Assembly: GCA_964497265.1 (NCBI GenBank)
Contig: CAZCCK010000003.1
Location: 2,972 to 66,971, forward strand
DNA: 64,000 bases
Reading direction: 5' to 3'
Origin: Candidatus Woesearchaeota archaeon
GTDB taxonomy: Archaea > Nanobdellota > Nanobdellia > SCGC-AAA011-G17 > GW2011-AR18
Shown piece after piece: positions 56,585 through 64,000 of this stretch. Under the pieces are notes generated by a model. That model had not been told where the DNA came from. It was given only the letters and a program-made list of their open reading frames with translations, and did not search any database. Made by a program: the position numbers and the translations under genes. Every line of letters starts with the position of its first letter. Within the stretch, counting starts at the first letter, position 1.

Positions 56585-56687
56585 AAGAGCATATTTTCGT
56601 TTGTGATTAATAAATGTTTCTCTGTTTTCGGAAAGTTTACGAATTTTTGATAAAGAGCTTTATAAAAAAGAAGAGGTAAGGAGGAAG

Positions 56688-57035
56688 ATGGATGATGCTT
56701 CTTTATTGAAAGTAAGCTTAATAGTGAGTTGTCTTGGGATGATGCTGTTAGTTGGTTTAGATTATTGGTATGTTGCTCCTTCAATGAAGATTAAAGAAAT
56801 AACTTTAGAAAAAGTGGGACAAGAGGTTATCATTAAAGGAGAGTTAAAATCTTCTTATCTTAAGTCTGGAAACTTGCTGTTTGAACTTTCAGATGATTCT
56901 GGTAAGATTCAGGGTATTTTGTTTCATGCAGAAGAGAGTTTAAAGAAAGGGGAAAGAGTGGAGGTTGAGGGGAAGGTACAGAGGTATAAAGGTAATCCTG
57001 AGATTGTAGCGACAGCGATGAAAAGAGCCAGATAA
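56688..57035 (+). CDS. Membrane-anchored OB-fold protein
   Basis: An N-terminal TM, then EVIIKGELKS...LFELSDDSGKIQGILFHAEE...VEVEGKVQRYKGNPEI, an OB-like (tRNA_anti-like) fold. Confidence 0.45.
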   Translation: MDDASLLKVSLIVSCLGMMLLVGLDYWYVAPSMKIKEITLEKVGQEVIIKGELKSSYLKSGNLLFELSDDSGKIQGILFHAEESLKKGERVEVEGKVQRYKGNPEIVATAMKRAR

Positions 57036-57140
57036 TAGCTTATAAGATAGTTATACTGTAAAAGCTAGTCTTCACAAGAGATAAATATATAAATTAAGTC
57101 CGTTTAATATCGAATGTAAGAGTGTGTAAAGGTAAAAAAG

Positions 57141-57878
57141 ATGGATCATTTGACAAAAGCTGCTCCCAGATTAGTTGAGGAACATAATGCTGCTGGTGAT
57201 TCAAATGCTTTTTCTAAGATTATTCCTGCTTTAATGAAGAAAGGTTTAGAGAATGTTAATCTTTCAATGTTTAGCGAAGAAAAGAAGATGGAGCTTCTTA
57301 ATGCTGCTGCTGAAGAATATCTTAAAAGAAATCAAGTTGTTGATGCGATTAAAGTATTTATGATGACAGGCAATAAGAAACGTCTTATTGAAGTAGGAGA
57401 CGATCATGTTCGTGTCGGTTTGTATTCTCACGCTATTGAAGCATACAAGTTAGCTGGCGATCATGAGAGGTTAACCAAGATTGGAGATAAGTGTTTAGAG
57501 GCGGGTCATATTACTGAGGCTATTGCTGCTTACAAGGTAGTAGCTGATCAAGATCGATTAAATAAGGTAGGAGATTATTGTTTAGAGAAAGGAAAAATTG
57601 ATTTTGCTATTGAGGTTTATGCAGCTTTAGAGAATAAGACAAAATTGAACGCTTTAGGGGACAAGTGCTTCGGTGAGAAGAATTATATGTACGCTCATAA
57701 AGCGTATGCGATGGTGCAGGAGAAAGACAAGCTAAACAGAGTGGGTGAAGAGTTTATGAAGATGGGGTTACTTGCCAACGCTTTACGATCTTTTGAGGCT
57801 GCTGATAATCAGATGATGGTTCAATTTATCAAGGAGAATTTCTCTGAGAAGAATTTAGCAGAAAAAGTGTATGTCTGA
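57141..57878 (+). CDS. Alpha-helical repeat protein (about 30-aa repeats); paralog of the next gene
   Basis: Repeats such as AIEAYKLAGDHERLTKIGDKCLEAGHITE / AIAAYKVVADQDRLNKVGDYCLEKGKIDF. The C-terminus LRSFEAADNQMMVQFIKENF is shared with the paralog. Confidence 0.45.
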   Translation: MDHLTKAAPRLVEEHNAAGDSNAFSKIIPALMKKGLENVNLSMFSEEKKMELLNAAAEEYLKRNQVVDAIKVFMMTGNKKRLIEVGDDHVRVGLYSHAIEAYKLAGDHERLTKIGDKCLEAGHITEAIAAYKVVADQDRLNKVGDYCLEKGKIDFAIEVYAALENKTKLNALGDKCFGEKNYMYAHKAYAMVQEKDKLNRVGEEFMKMGLLANALRSFEAADNQMMVQFIKENFSEKNLAEKVYV

Positions 57879-58248
57879 AGGTTTTGATCTTGTTGTAAAT
57901 AAAATTTTAGAAGGGAAACCTATCGATTTAAGTGTTCTTCCTGAAAGTCAGAGGAAGAATTTCGATATTTCGGCTCAGGAATTATTCTCAAGAGGTTTTT
58001 ATTTGGAAGCAGCTAAGGTTTTTGCTATGACCAAGAATGAAGGTAAACTTCTTGAGGTTGCACAGCATTGTTTGAAAGAGAGAAAGTTAGAAGTTGCTTA
58101 TTATGCTTTTAACGCTTTGAGAAACAAAGAAGGGTTGAATAGAACAGGAGAAGCTTTTCTCCAAGTTCCTGATGTGAGTGGCGCGTTATCTTGTTTTGAG
58201 GCTGCTCAGAATGAGATGATGAGTTCTTTTATTAGAATTAATTTCTAA
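57871..58248 (+). CDS. Short paralog of the helical-repeat protein
   Basis: LSCFEAAQNEMMSSFIRINF closely parallels the upstream gene's C-terminus. It overlaps the upstream gene by 8 nt. Confidence 0.45.
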   Translation: MSEGFDLVVNKILEGKPIDLSVLPESQRKNFDISAQELFSRGFYLEAAKVFAMTKNEGKLLEVAQHCLKERKLEVAYYAFNALRNKEGLNRTGEAFLQVPDVSGALSCFEAAQNEMMSSFIRINF

Positions 58249-58315
58249 AGAAAGGATTAGATGCAGAATCGAGGTTAAGATATTCCTAGAAATTATTTAT
58301 GGATTTATTACTTAA

Positions 58316-60847
58316 TTAGGGACACGGTTTAGAATAAGGTATTTTCCAGATTCCTTCACCTTCCGTTCCTGCATAGATATACTTTTTATCCGTGGAAAAT
58401 GCGAGAGAAGTAATAAAAGATTTTTGAATTGAAGGGTTATAAATTTTCCAAGAAATACCATTGTCTTTAGAAATCCAAATACCTGAACTAGCTAAATAGG
58501 AGGTTTGACCTACTTTAGATACAAATGTTCCTGTGAGTTTATCTGCTTGTGGAATAGTAAGAGCGGGATTTAATCCTACATAGAGAAAACCGCAGTCGTC
58601 TCTAAGTAGATTAGACGGACGAGTATAGGGAAAATGGGTTAACCAGTTTCTTCCATAGTCGTTGGAGACAAATAAGCCGTAACCGTTACCTAGGATTATT
58701 TGTTGAGAGTTAACAAACAAGTGTGGGATTGAAGATTTATCTAAATTTAAATGAAAAGCTTCTTCAGAAAAAGTTTGAGTGATAAAACCTGAAGAAGGAG
58801 GGGGTAAAGAGAGGGAAGTTTTTGTCCAATGGATAAGATCTGTGGAGCTAAAAAGGTAGTGGTCTGAATTCTCAGAGGTGAGAACATAAAATTTATTTTT
58901 TCCAGCTTCTTGTGTTAAGAAAAAGTCAGAAACAGGTTTATTTTCAGGAATTTGAATAAGTTGTAATTCGAGGGGTTTGTTTGTTTCAATTTTCAGTCTG
59001 AAGAAACGATGGAGAGGACCATTAAACTCTTCATTAAAGTAATACCATCCATCAAAGTATTTAAGATTAGAGTGAAGAATAGATCGTGGAGATGCAGATA
59101 TTCCAGAATAGGTTCCAGTTCCAGCAATGGATAAGGGTTTAGAAAGGGTCATAATAGAAGCGATATCCAAATTGTTAATACTTCCTTCTGTTAAAAATCC
59201 GTCATAAGCCGGGAGTGCTTCTGTTGTACACCCTTTATTTTGTCCCGGTTCAGGACCTGTTTCTTCGCCTTCCAATCCTTCGATAGATCCATCTTGGTTA
59301 ATCCAATAATAGCCACGATGCCATAATCCCGAATAGATTCTACAAGGAGCAACTTTAACTGCGGCTGTATCAGTTAAGTAAAGGTTGTTTACTAAGTTTT
59401 TAAGAGTATCATCTGGGAGGGAGACAAATAAACCTTGGTCTGATGGAAGATAGATTTTATCTTGTTGTTTAATCATAGGGCTGAGTCTTAAATCTGAAGG
59501 GCCACGAATAATTGTTTTAAATACGTAAGGAGAACCTGGGGCATTTATTCGGTTTTGATTTTGAATCATCATTGGAGCAGGAAGATAAAAGAAGTTTTCA
59601 GGGTTGAATTTTAATTCGAAGGTAGATCCGGTATCTTTAGATTTATATAAACCGTAAAGATAGATAAAGACTTGGATGTTCTGTGGGTTTGTCTCATCAA
59701 AGGAGATGTCTTGAATTTGCTCGTTGAATTTAGTGTCTGTGAAAGAAAGAGGACTTTCAGAAGGACGATAAGCAAACGTTGTTATAGCGCTAGGAACGAT
59801 TGTTTGCCAGTTTAGACCTGAATTAGTGCTCCTGAGGAAGGTTGTTGTTCTATCCCTATCGTCAAAAGCTGCGATTAAAATCGTTTGTCCGTCTGAAGAG
59901 ATATCATAAGCGTTTAATAATCCCGACAGTGCGGGAAAAGTAAGTTTATTCCAGGTTTGCCCACCGTCATTAGTAGTGAAGATTTCATCATTCCAAGTTC
60001 CAAGAATTCCTTTACCTGTGCTTTTAATTTTAACAAAATAAGTTTTTTTAAATAACGCAGTTGTAGAATATTTGTCAAAAAAATTGTATTTAGTCCAAGT
60101 TAGACCGTCATCTTTAGAAATTGCAAAATCGTTTCCGCAGGAGTAAAAGATGTTTCTTTCATTAAAATAAGTAAGAGTAGTTAGAATACCTAGATTCTTA
60201 AGATTAGAACAACCTTTAAGATTAATGTTATAATTTAATTTCCAGGTGTAACCGTTATCTTTAGATTCGTAAAGGAGATTTCCAAAGCTAGTTGCAAAAA
60301 GGTGCGTATCGGATTTAGGATCTAGTAAGATGCTATCCACCCTATTAAAGGGATAGGTTATCTGTTTGTTCCAATTAATTCCTTGATTGCTTGAATAAAA
60401 GAGTCCTGCTCCTTCAGTACCTATCCAAAGTTTTCCGGAGTTTTGTTTGGAATAGTCTAAAGACGTTACAACCCCAAATCCTTTTGCTCCAATTTTTTCA
60501 GGAGATAGCCAAGGTTTATTGAAAGGTTTTAATTCTGGAAAAAAGTATATTTTTTTAAGATCAAGGGGGGCGAGTTTTGTGGGTTTAGATTTTTTTAAGA
60601 GTTCATCTTCCTCATCTTGAAATTCAAAAAACCTTTCTTTTTCTGATTCCTCTAATTCAGTTAATGGAGAATTAATAGATTCAGATTTTTCTTCTTGTCT
60701 AATCGGTTGGTCGAGAGAATTGGGAAAAATAGCTTTACCTATTATAGACTCAGTAGAGGAATTTACGCTTAGAAAAACAAGAGAAGCAGCCAGGAAGATA
60801 AAGAGAAGAAGATATAAGAATGAAACTCGAAATCGAAATTTATTCAT
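58316..60847 (-). CDS. Secreted BNR/Asp-box repeat beta-propeller protein
   Basis: A signal peptide and seven or more Asp-boxes (SKDNGYTW, SKDDGLTW, TNDGGQTW, STNSGLNW, SKDTGSTF, SNDYGRNW, SKDNGISW). Confidence 0.65.
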   Translation of the reverse strand: MNKFRFRVSFLYLLLFIFLAASLVFLSVNSSTESIIGKAIFPNSLDQPIRQEEKSESINSPLTELEESEKERFFEFQDEEDELLKKSKPTKLAPLDLKKIYFFPELKPFNKPWLSPEKIGAKGFGVVTSLDYSKQNSGKLWIGTEGAGLFYSSNQGINWNKQITYPFNRVDSILLDPKSDTHLFATSFGNLLYESKDNGYTWKLNYNINLKGCSNLKNLGILTTLTYFNERNIFYSCGNDFAISKDDGLTWTKYNFFDKYSTTALFKKTYFVKIKSTGKGILGTWNDEIFTTNDGGQTWNKLTFPALSGLLNAYDISSDGQTILIAAFDDRDRTTTFLRSTNSGLNWQTIVPSAITTFAYRPSESPLSFTDTKFNEQIQDISFDETNPQNIQVFIYLYGLYKSKDTGSTFELKFNPENFFYLPAPMMIQNQNRINAPGSPYVFKTIIRGPSDLRLSPMIKQQDKIYLPSDQGLFVSLPDDTLKNLVNNLYLTDTAAVKVAPCRIYSGLWHRGYYWINQDGSIEGLEGEETGPEPGQNKGCTTEALPAYDGFLTEGSINNLDIASIMTLSKPLSIAGTGTYSGISASPRSILHSNLKYFDGWYYFNEEFNGPLHRFFRLKIETNKPLELQLIQIPENKPVSDFFLTQEAGKNKFYVLTSENSDHYLFSSTDLIHWTKTSLSLPPPSSGFITQTFSEEAFHLNLDKSSIPHLFVNSQQIILGNGYGLFVSNDYGRNWLTHFPYTRPSNLLRDDCGFLYVGLNPALTIPQADKLTGTFVSKVGQTSYLASSGIWISKDNGISWKIYNPSIQKSFITSLAFSTDKKYIYAGTEGEGIWKIPYSKPCP

Positions 60848-61056
60848 GATGTCCTTTAGTTTTAAAGACTTAATTAAGTTTTCGATAAAGTTTTTCTCAA
60901 AACCGTCGCTCTATACCTATTTGTCAAATTCGACTACATGAAAGTAATAAGAATTGCTCGTACACAATGACGCATAAGATCATTTAAGAGCAGAATATTA
61001 AAAGTTTTTGGAAATTCTAAAGAAAACTATTTAAAGTTTGAAGTTAAATTAAAGAT

Positions 61057-61233
61057 ATGTTAACCAAAGAACAAAAGATTACTTGGAAAAGAGTAAATGA
61101 AAACCGTAGCTATATCAAAAAGAATTGGCATAAAAGTACTTATTATGGTCTCTCTTCTGCAGAGGTAGTGAGATTATTTAGAGATGGAAAGATAGAAGAA
61201 TATTTAAGCAACAAATCTAAGGTTCGCAAATAG
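61057..61233 (+). CDS. Possible 58-aa small protein convergent with the PIN gene, overlapping it by 17 nt
   Basis: Found by eye (MLTKEQKITWKRVNENRSYIKKNWHKSTYYGLSSAEVVRLFRDGKIEEYLSNKSKVRK). A TATA-like ctatttaaag lies about 25 nt upstream. It is below the ORF track cutoff. Confidence 0.2.
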   Translation: MLTKEQKITWKRVNENRSYIKKNWHKSTYYGLSSAEVVRLFRDGKIEEYLSNKSKVRK

Positions 61234-61654
61234 TTAAAGAGAATTCTTGTTCTAATCTTTTGCTTGCTAAAACTTGACGATCTAAAGTAAAAAAGGTTTT
61301 AGTGTTATTGGCAAATGCTGAAGCAAGAATCATACTATCATTTTCACTAAGATAAGGATCGATTCTCCTTAGATGAATAAGTAAAGAGATAAAAGAGTCT
61401 ACAGGAGGGATATAGATTCTTACCGAATAGGACGTCAAAAGCGTAAAAAATTCAAGAAAAAAACGGTGTCTTAATTGAAGATTTTCTTCCGCTTCTAAAA
61501 TTAAGAGAGCTTCTCCAAGAGTAAGAGTTGAAATGTGAAGTAAATATCGATCTGAATAAGTCGAAAGTTGAAAAAGTTTTCTCGCTTTTGTTTGTTTTAG
61601 TCCTTCAAATATAATCTCAAGAAGAACAGAGGTATCTAGGTCATAAATATCCAT
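61217..61654 (-). CDS. PIN-domain (VapC-like) protein
   Basis: IYDLDTSVLLEI (first Asp), DSMILASAFAN (second Asp), TLDRQ (third). Confidence 0.6.
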   Translation of the reverse strand: MDIYDLDTSVLLEIIFEGLKQTKARKLFQLSTYSDRYLLHISTLTLGEALLILEAEENLQLRHRFFLEFFTLLTSYSVRIYIPPVDSFISLLIHLRRIDPYLSENDSMILASAFANNTKTFFTLDRQVLASKRLEQEFSLTICEP

Positions 61655-61696
61655 CGATTAAAAGAGAGGAAGTTAATTTAAAAAGATAAGGAAGAA

Positions 61697-61719
61697 TTTC
61701 CCGAAAACTTTTCGGAAAA
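61697..61719. promoter_or_regulatory. Palindromic operator-like site tttCCCGAAAAcTTTTCGGaaaa between the PIN gene and the TctA-like gene
   Basis: A perfect 7-nt inverted repeat with a 1-nt spacer (ccgaaaa c ttttcgg), extendable to about 10-nt arms with one mismatch. Confidence 0.3.
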
Positions 61720-61761
61720 TGAAGGACTGAGTTTTTTAAGAGTGTTTCTAAGAGATAAAGA

Positions 61762-62958
61762 GTGATCGAGCAAGTAGTAGGAATCTTTATAGGAATTTTT
61801 GTAGGCATTTTTACTGGTTTATTTCCTGGAGTGCATATTAATCTTGTTTCAGCGACTTTGGTTTCTTTCTCTCCAGTAATTTTAAAGTATGTAAGTCCTA
61901 TTACTGCTTCATTGTTTATTATTTCTATGTCTATTACTCACAGCTTTTTGGATTTTATTCCTTCGACTTTTTTAGGAGCACCAAATGCGGAAACAAGCGT
62001 GAGTTTGCTTCCTGCTCATAGTTTATTACATCAAGGAAGGGCTAAAGAAGCGATTTTCTTTTCCGTTTTGGGAGCTTTTTCAGGATTAATTTTAGCGATA
62101 GTTTTGGCTATTCCAGTCACTTACTTAGTAAAATTTCTCTACAATATCATGAAGGATTATATTCCAGTGATCTTGGTTGGAATTGTTTTTTTCTTAATTA
62201 TGAGAGAGAAAAAGAAAGGTTTGGCTTTTATGATTAGTATACTGATTGGGATTTTTGGATATATCGTTTTAAACGCGAGATTTGTGAATGATCCTCTGAT
62301 GCCTTTGTTTTCTGGAATGTATGGTGTGAGTGGAATTTTAAAAAGTTTAAATGATAAAGTTACTTTAGTGAAGCAAAACCTAAAAATAAAGTATGTTATC
62401 AATAAAGCTCGTTTAGCGTTACTTTCTTTGAAATGTTTAGTGAGTGCTTGTTTTACGTGTCCTCTGCCTGGATTGAGTGCTTCTCATACCGTATTGTTAA
62501 CGTCTTATTTTGTGAAGGAGACAACAAGTCAAGAAGTATTATTTTTGAATGGTTTTGTAAATGCGGCTGGAATGGTTTTAAGTTTGCTTACCTTTTTTAG
62601 TATTGCTAAAGCGAGGAATGGGTCCATTATCGCGATTAAAGAGTTATTGGTGATAGATCAAAAGAGTTTATTGATTTTAATAGCGGGTGTTTTGATTAAT
62701 TGTTTCTTTTCTCTGTTTTTAGCATTAAAATGTAGCGAGTTAGCTGCAAAATACGCGAAGGAAATTAATTATAAAAGATTATCTTACATCATCTTAGGAG
62801 TTATTGTTTGTCTGAATGTATTACTTTGTGGTTTTTATGGACTTATTGTTTTATTTATTGCTACATTTGTTGGTTTTCTTCCGGTTACAGCCCAGGTAAG
62901 TAGAAAGCATTTGATGTCATCTCTTATTATTCCGATTATAATTTATTCATTTTGGTAG
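61762..62958 (+). CDS. Polytopic membrane protein, TctA-like (DUF112) putative transporter subunit
   Basis: About 10 TM helices; the N-terminal IFTGLFPGVHINLVSATL resembles the TctA family. Confidence 0.5.
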   Translation: MIEQVVGIFIGIFVGIFTGLFPGVHINLVSATLVSFSPVILKYVSPITASLFIISMSITHSFLDFIPSTFLGAPNAETSVSLLPAHSLLHQGRAKEAIFFSVLGAFSGLILAIVLAIPVTYLVKFLYNIMKDYIPVILVGIVFFLIMREKKKGLAFMISILIGIFGYIVLNARFVNDPLMPLFSGMYGVSGILKSLNDKVTLVKQNLKIKYVINKARLALLSLKCLVSACFTCPLPGLSASHTVLLTSYFVKETTSQEVLFLNGFVNAAGMVLSLLTFFSIAKARNGSIIAIKELLVIDQKSLLILIAGVLINCFFSLFLALKCSELAAKYAKEINYKRLSYIILGVIVCLNVLLCGFYGLIVLFIATFVGFLPVTAQVSRKHLMSSLIIPIIIYSFW

Positions 62959-63015
62959 AGTCATCCCTAGAGAATAGTGACTAGAAAGCTTTATGAAAGT
63001 TCTGTAGTTATAAAA

Positions 63016-64000
63016 ATGATGGCTGAAGAAAAAGCTTACACATGGGAATCTTATAAGGTTGCTAGAGACTTAAAACCTATTTGTGATGACCACATTCTAG
63101 TTGGTTTAATAAAAGGAAAAATTCCTTATGTGATTATTGCAGATGGAGTAGGAAGTAAGCCCAGGGGAGGATTATGTGCAAAATTGGCTGTAAAAGGAGC
63201 AAGTGAGAATTTAGAAGAGATGTGTGCACAAGACGGTTCAAGTTTTGGATTGAATAATATTTTAGCAGAAGTTATCTTAAAGATAGTTCCAGATTTTATA
63301 AAAGAGAATGCAAAAGAAGAGAATATTAATCCAAAAGAGTTTAATTCTTTGGCTTCCACGCTTCTTATCGCGGTAGTAGCAAACAAGGAGCTAGTGTATG
63401 CTTGTGCGGGTGATGGAGGAATCTATTACTATCGAAAGGGAAAGCTAGAAGCAGTAATGGCAGCAAATTACAGTCCTTTACAGACGAGCATCACAACAGA
63501 AAGACCCAAATTTTGGGGTCATTTTACAGAAGGAACTTTAGCTTTGGAAGAAGGAGATATTCTCTTTGCTGGTTCTGACGGATTGGTTGGAACGTTATTT
63601 TCACAGTATTTTGATAGATTCAAAGAGAAAAAAGCAGAATGGATAGGAAAATTGTTAGCTCAGACAAGTTCAAAAAAAGAAAGTAAGAAAAGTTTTAGAC
63701 CCATCCTAGAAAAGATAAGTGAAGAAAGAGAGGATGATTTCAGCGCTGCTGCAATTGAAGTCAAAGTTCAAGGGGATATTCAAAAAGATAATGTAATTAT
63801 TAGGAATTATGTAGATGTGAAAGACTTGTTTTCTTTAAATTATTTACAAACACCAAGTGAGGCGGATCTAGCTATTCTATCTTATTATGAAGGAGAGGGA
63901 GAAAGCGAAGTTACCAAGAATTTAAGGCAAGCGGGCGATAGAAGAGAATTTTATTCAAAGTTGAATTTATACAGAGATCTAAAAGCTGAAGAAAACGTAA
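63016..64000 (+). CDS. PP2C/PPM-like Ser/Thr phosphatase domain protein (3'-partial, runs off the window)
   Basis: By-eye translation from the ATG at 63016 gives VIIADGVGS, CAGDGGIYYY, LFAGSDGL (PP2C motifs). It is not in the ORF track because it has no in-window stop. The overlapping minus-strand ORF 63126..63386 is rejected. Confidence 0.55.
   Translation, partial: MMAEEKAYTWESYKVARDLKPICDDHILVGLIKGKIPYVIIADGVGSKPRGGLCAKLAVKGASENLEEMCAQDGSSFGLNNILAEVILKIVPDFIKENAKEENINPKEFNSLASTLLIAVVANKELVYACAGDGGIYYYRKGKLEAVMAANYSPLQTSITTERPKFWGHFTEGTLALEEGDILFAGSDGLVGTLFSQYFDRFKEKKAEWIGKLLAQTSSKKESKKSFRPILEKISEEREDDFSAAAIEVKVQGDIQKDNVIIRNYVDVKDLFSLNYLQTPSEADLAILSYYEGEGESEVTKNLRQAGDRREFYSKLNLYRDLKAEENV

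Noticed and set aside
56515-56784. 89-aa minus-strand ORF
   Set aside because: It overlaps the PAN start region and the OB-fold gene in a different frame. It is basic with low complexity and is probably spurious
60848-61056. AUGAUGU motif at the BNR gene start considered as a C box
   Set aside because: It coincides with the start codon context, and there is no D box or terminal stem partner
63126-63386. 86-aa minus-strand ORF
   Set aside because: It lies inside, and antisense to, the plus-strand PP2C-like gene that runs off the window

Overview
The window is AT-rich (roughly one third GC) and archaeal, most consistent with a small-genome DPANN-like lineage. That assignment rests on a dense set of archaeal information-processing genes. 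They are: topoisomerase VI subunits A and B, MCM carrying an intein, replication factor C small and large subunits next to a single-OB-fold SSB, FEN1, Hef, RadB, topoisomerase IA, TBP, aIF1A, aIF2-beta, PAN, Cdc48 and a Rio1 kinase with a KH-domain protein. The window also holds MetRS, IleRS and SerRS, three tRNA genes that all carry introns, and many secreted or membrane proteins. Positions 1-6560 are one very large minus-strand gene that runs off the window edge, which is why it is absent from the ORF track. It encodes a secreted surface protein with about ten tandem ~99-aa Ig-like repeats saturated with N-glycosylation sequons, plus beta-helix-like NN-rich segments. A transglutaminase-like secreted protein is divergently adjacent. 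Most promoters look leaderless, with A/T-rich TATA-like boxes 20-30 nt upstream of the start codon, but one small gene has a perfect Shine-Dalgarno sequence. The most notable non-coding candidate is a GC-rich island at 34885-34958 on the minus strand. It lies inside a three-gene operon of unknown proteins and has all the hallmarks of a C/D box sRNA. Other items worth checking are a MetRS whose C-terminal tRNA-binding domain sits in a +1 shifted ORF, and a 519-aa LAGLIDADG intein inside MCM. Also listed are an RPA32-like OB+winged-helix gene fused to the MCM operon, two tRNAs with non-canonical insertions, a HerA-like ATPase, and a polytopic surface protein with a Trp/Lys-rich segment. Further candidates are a pair of paralogous helical-repeat proteins, a BNR-repeat beta-propeller, and a PIN-domain gene with a palindromic operator-like site. 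No CRISPR array, rRNA or obvious transposon was seen. The ORF track uses GTG and TTG starts shown as M, so several true starts were moved to the first ATG. Function calls for hypothetical proteins are by-eye motif recognition only.
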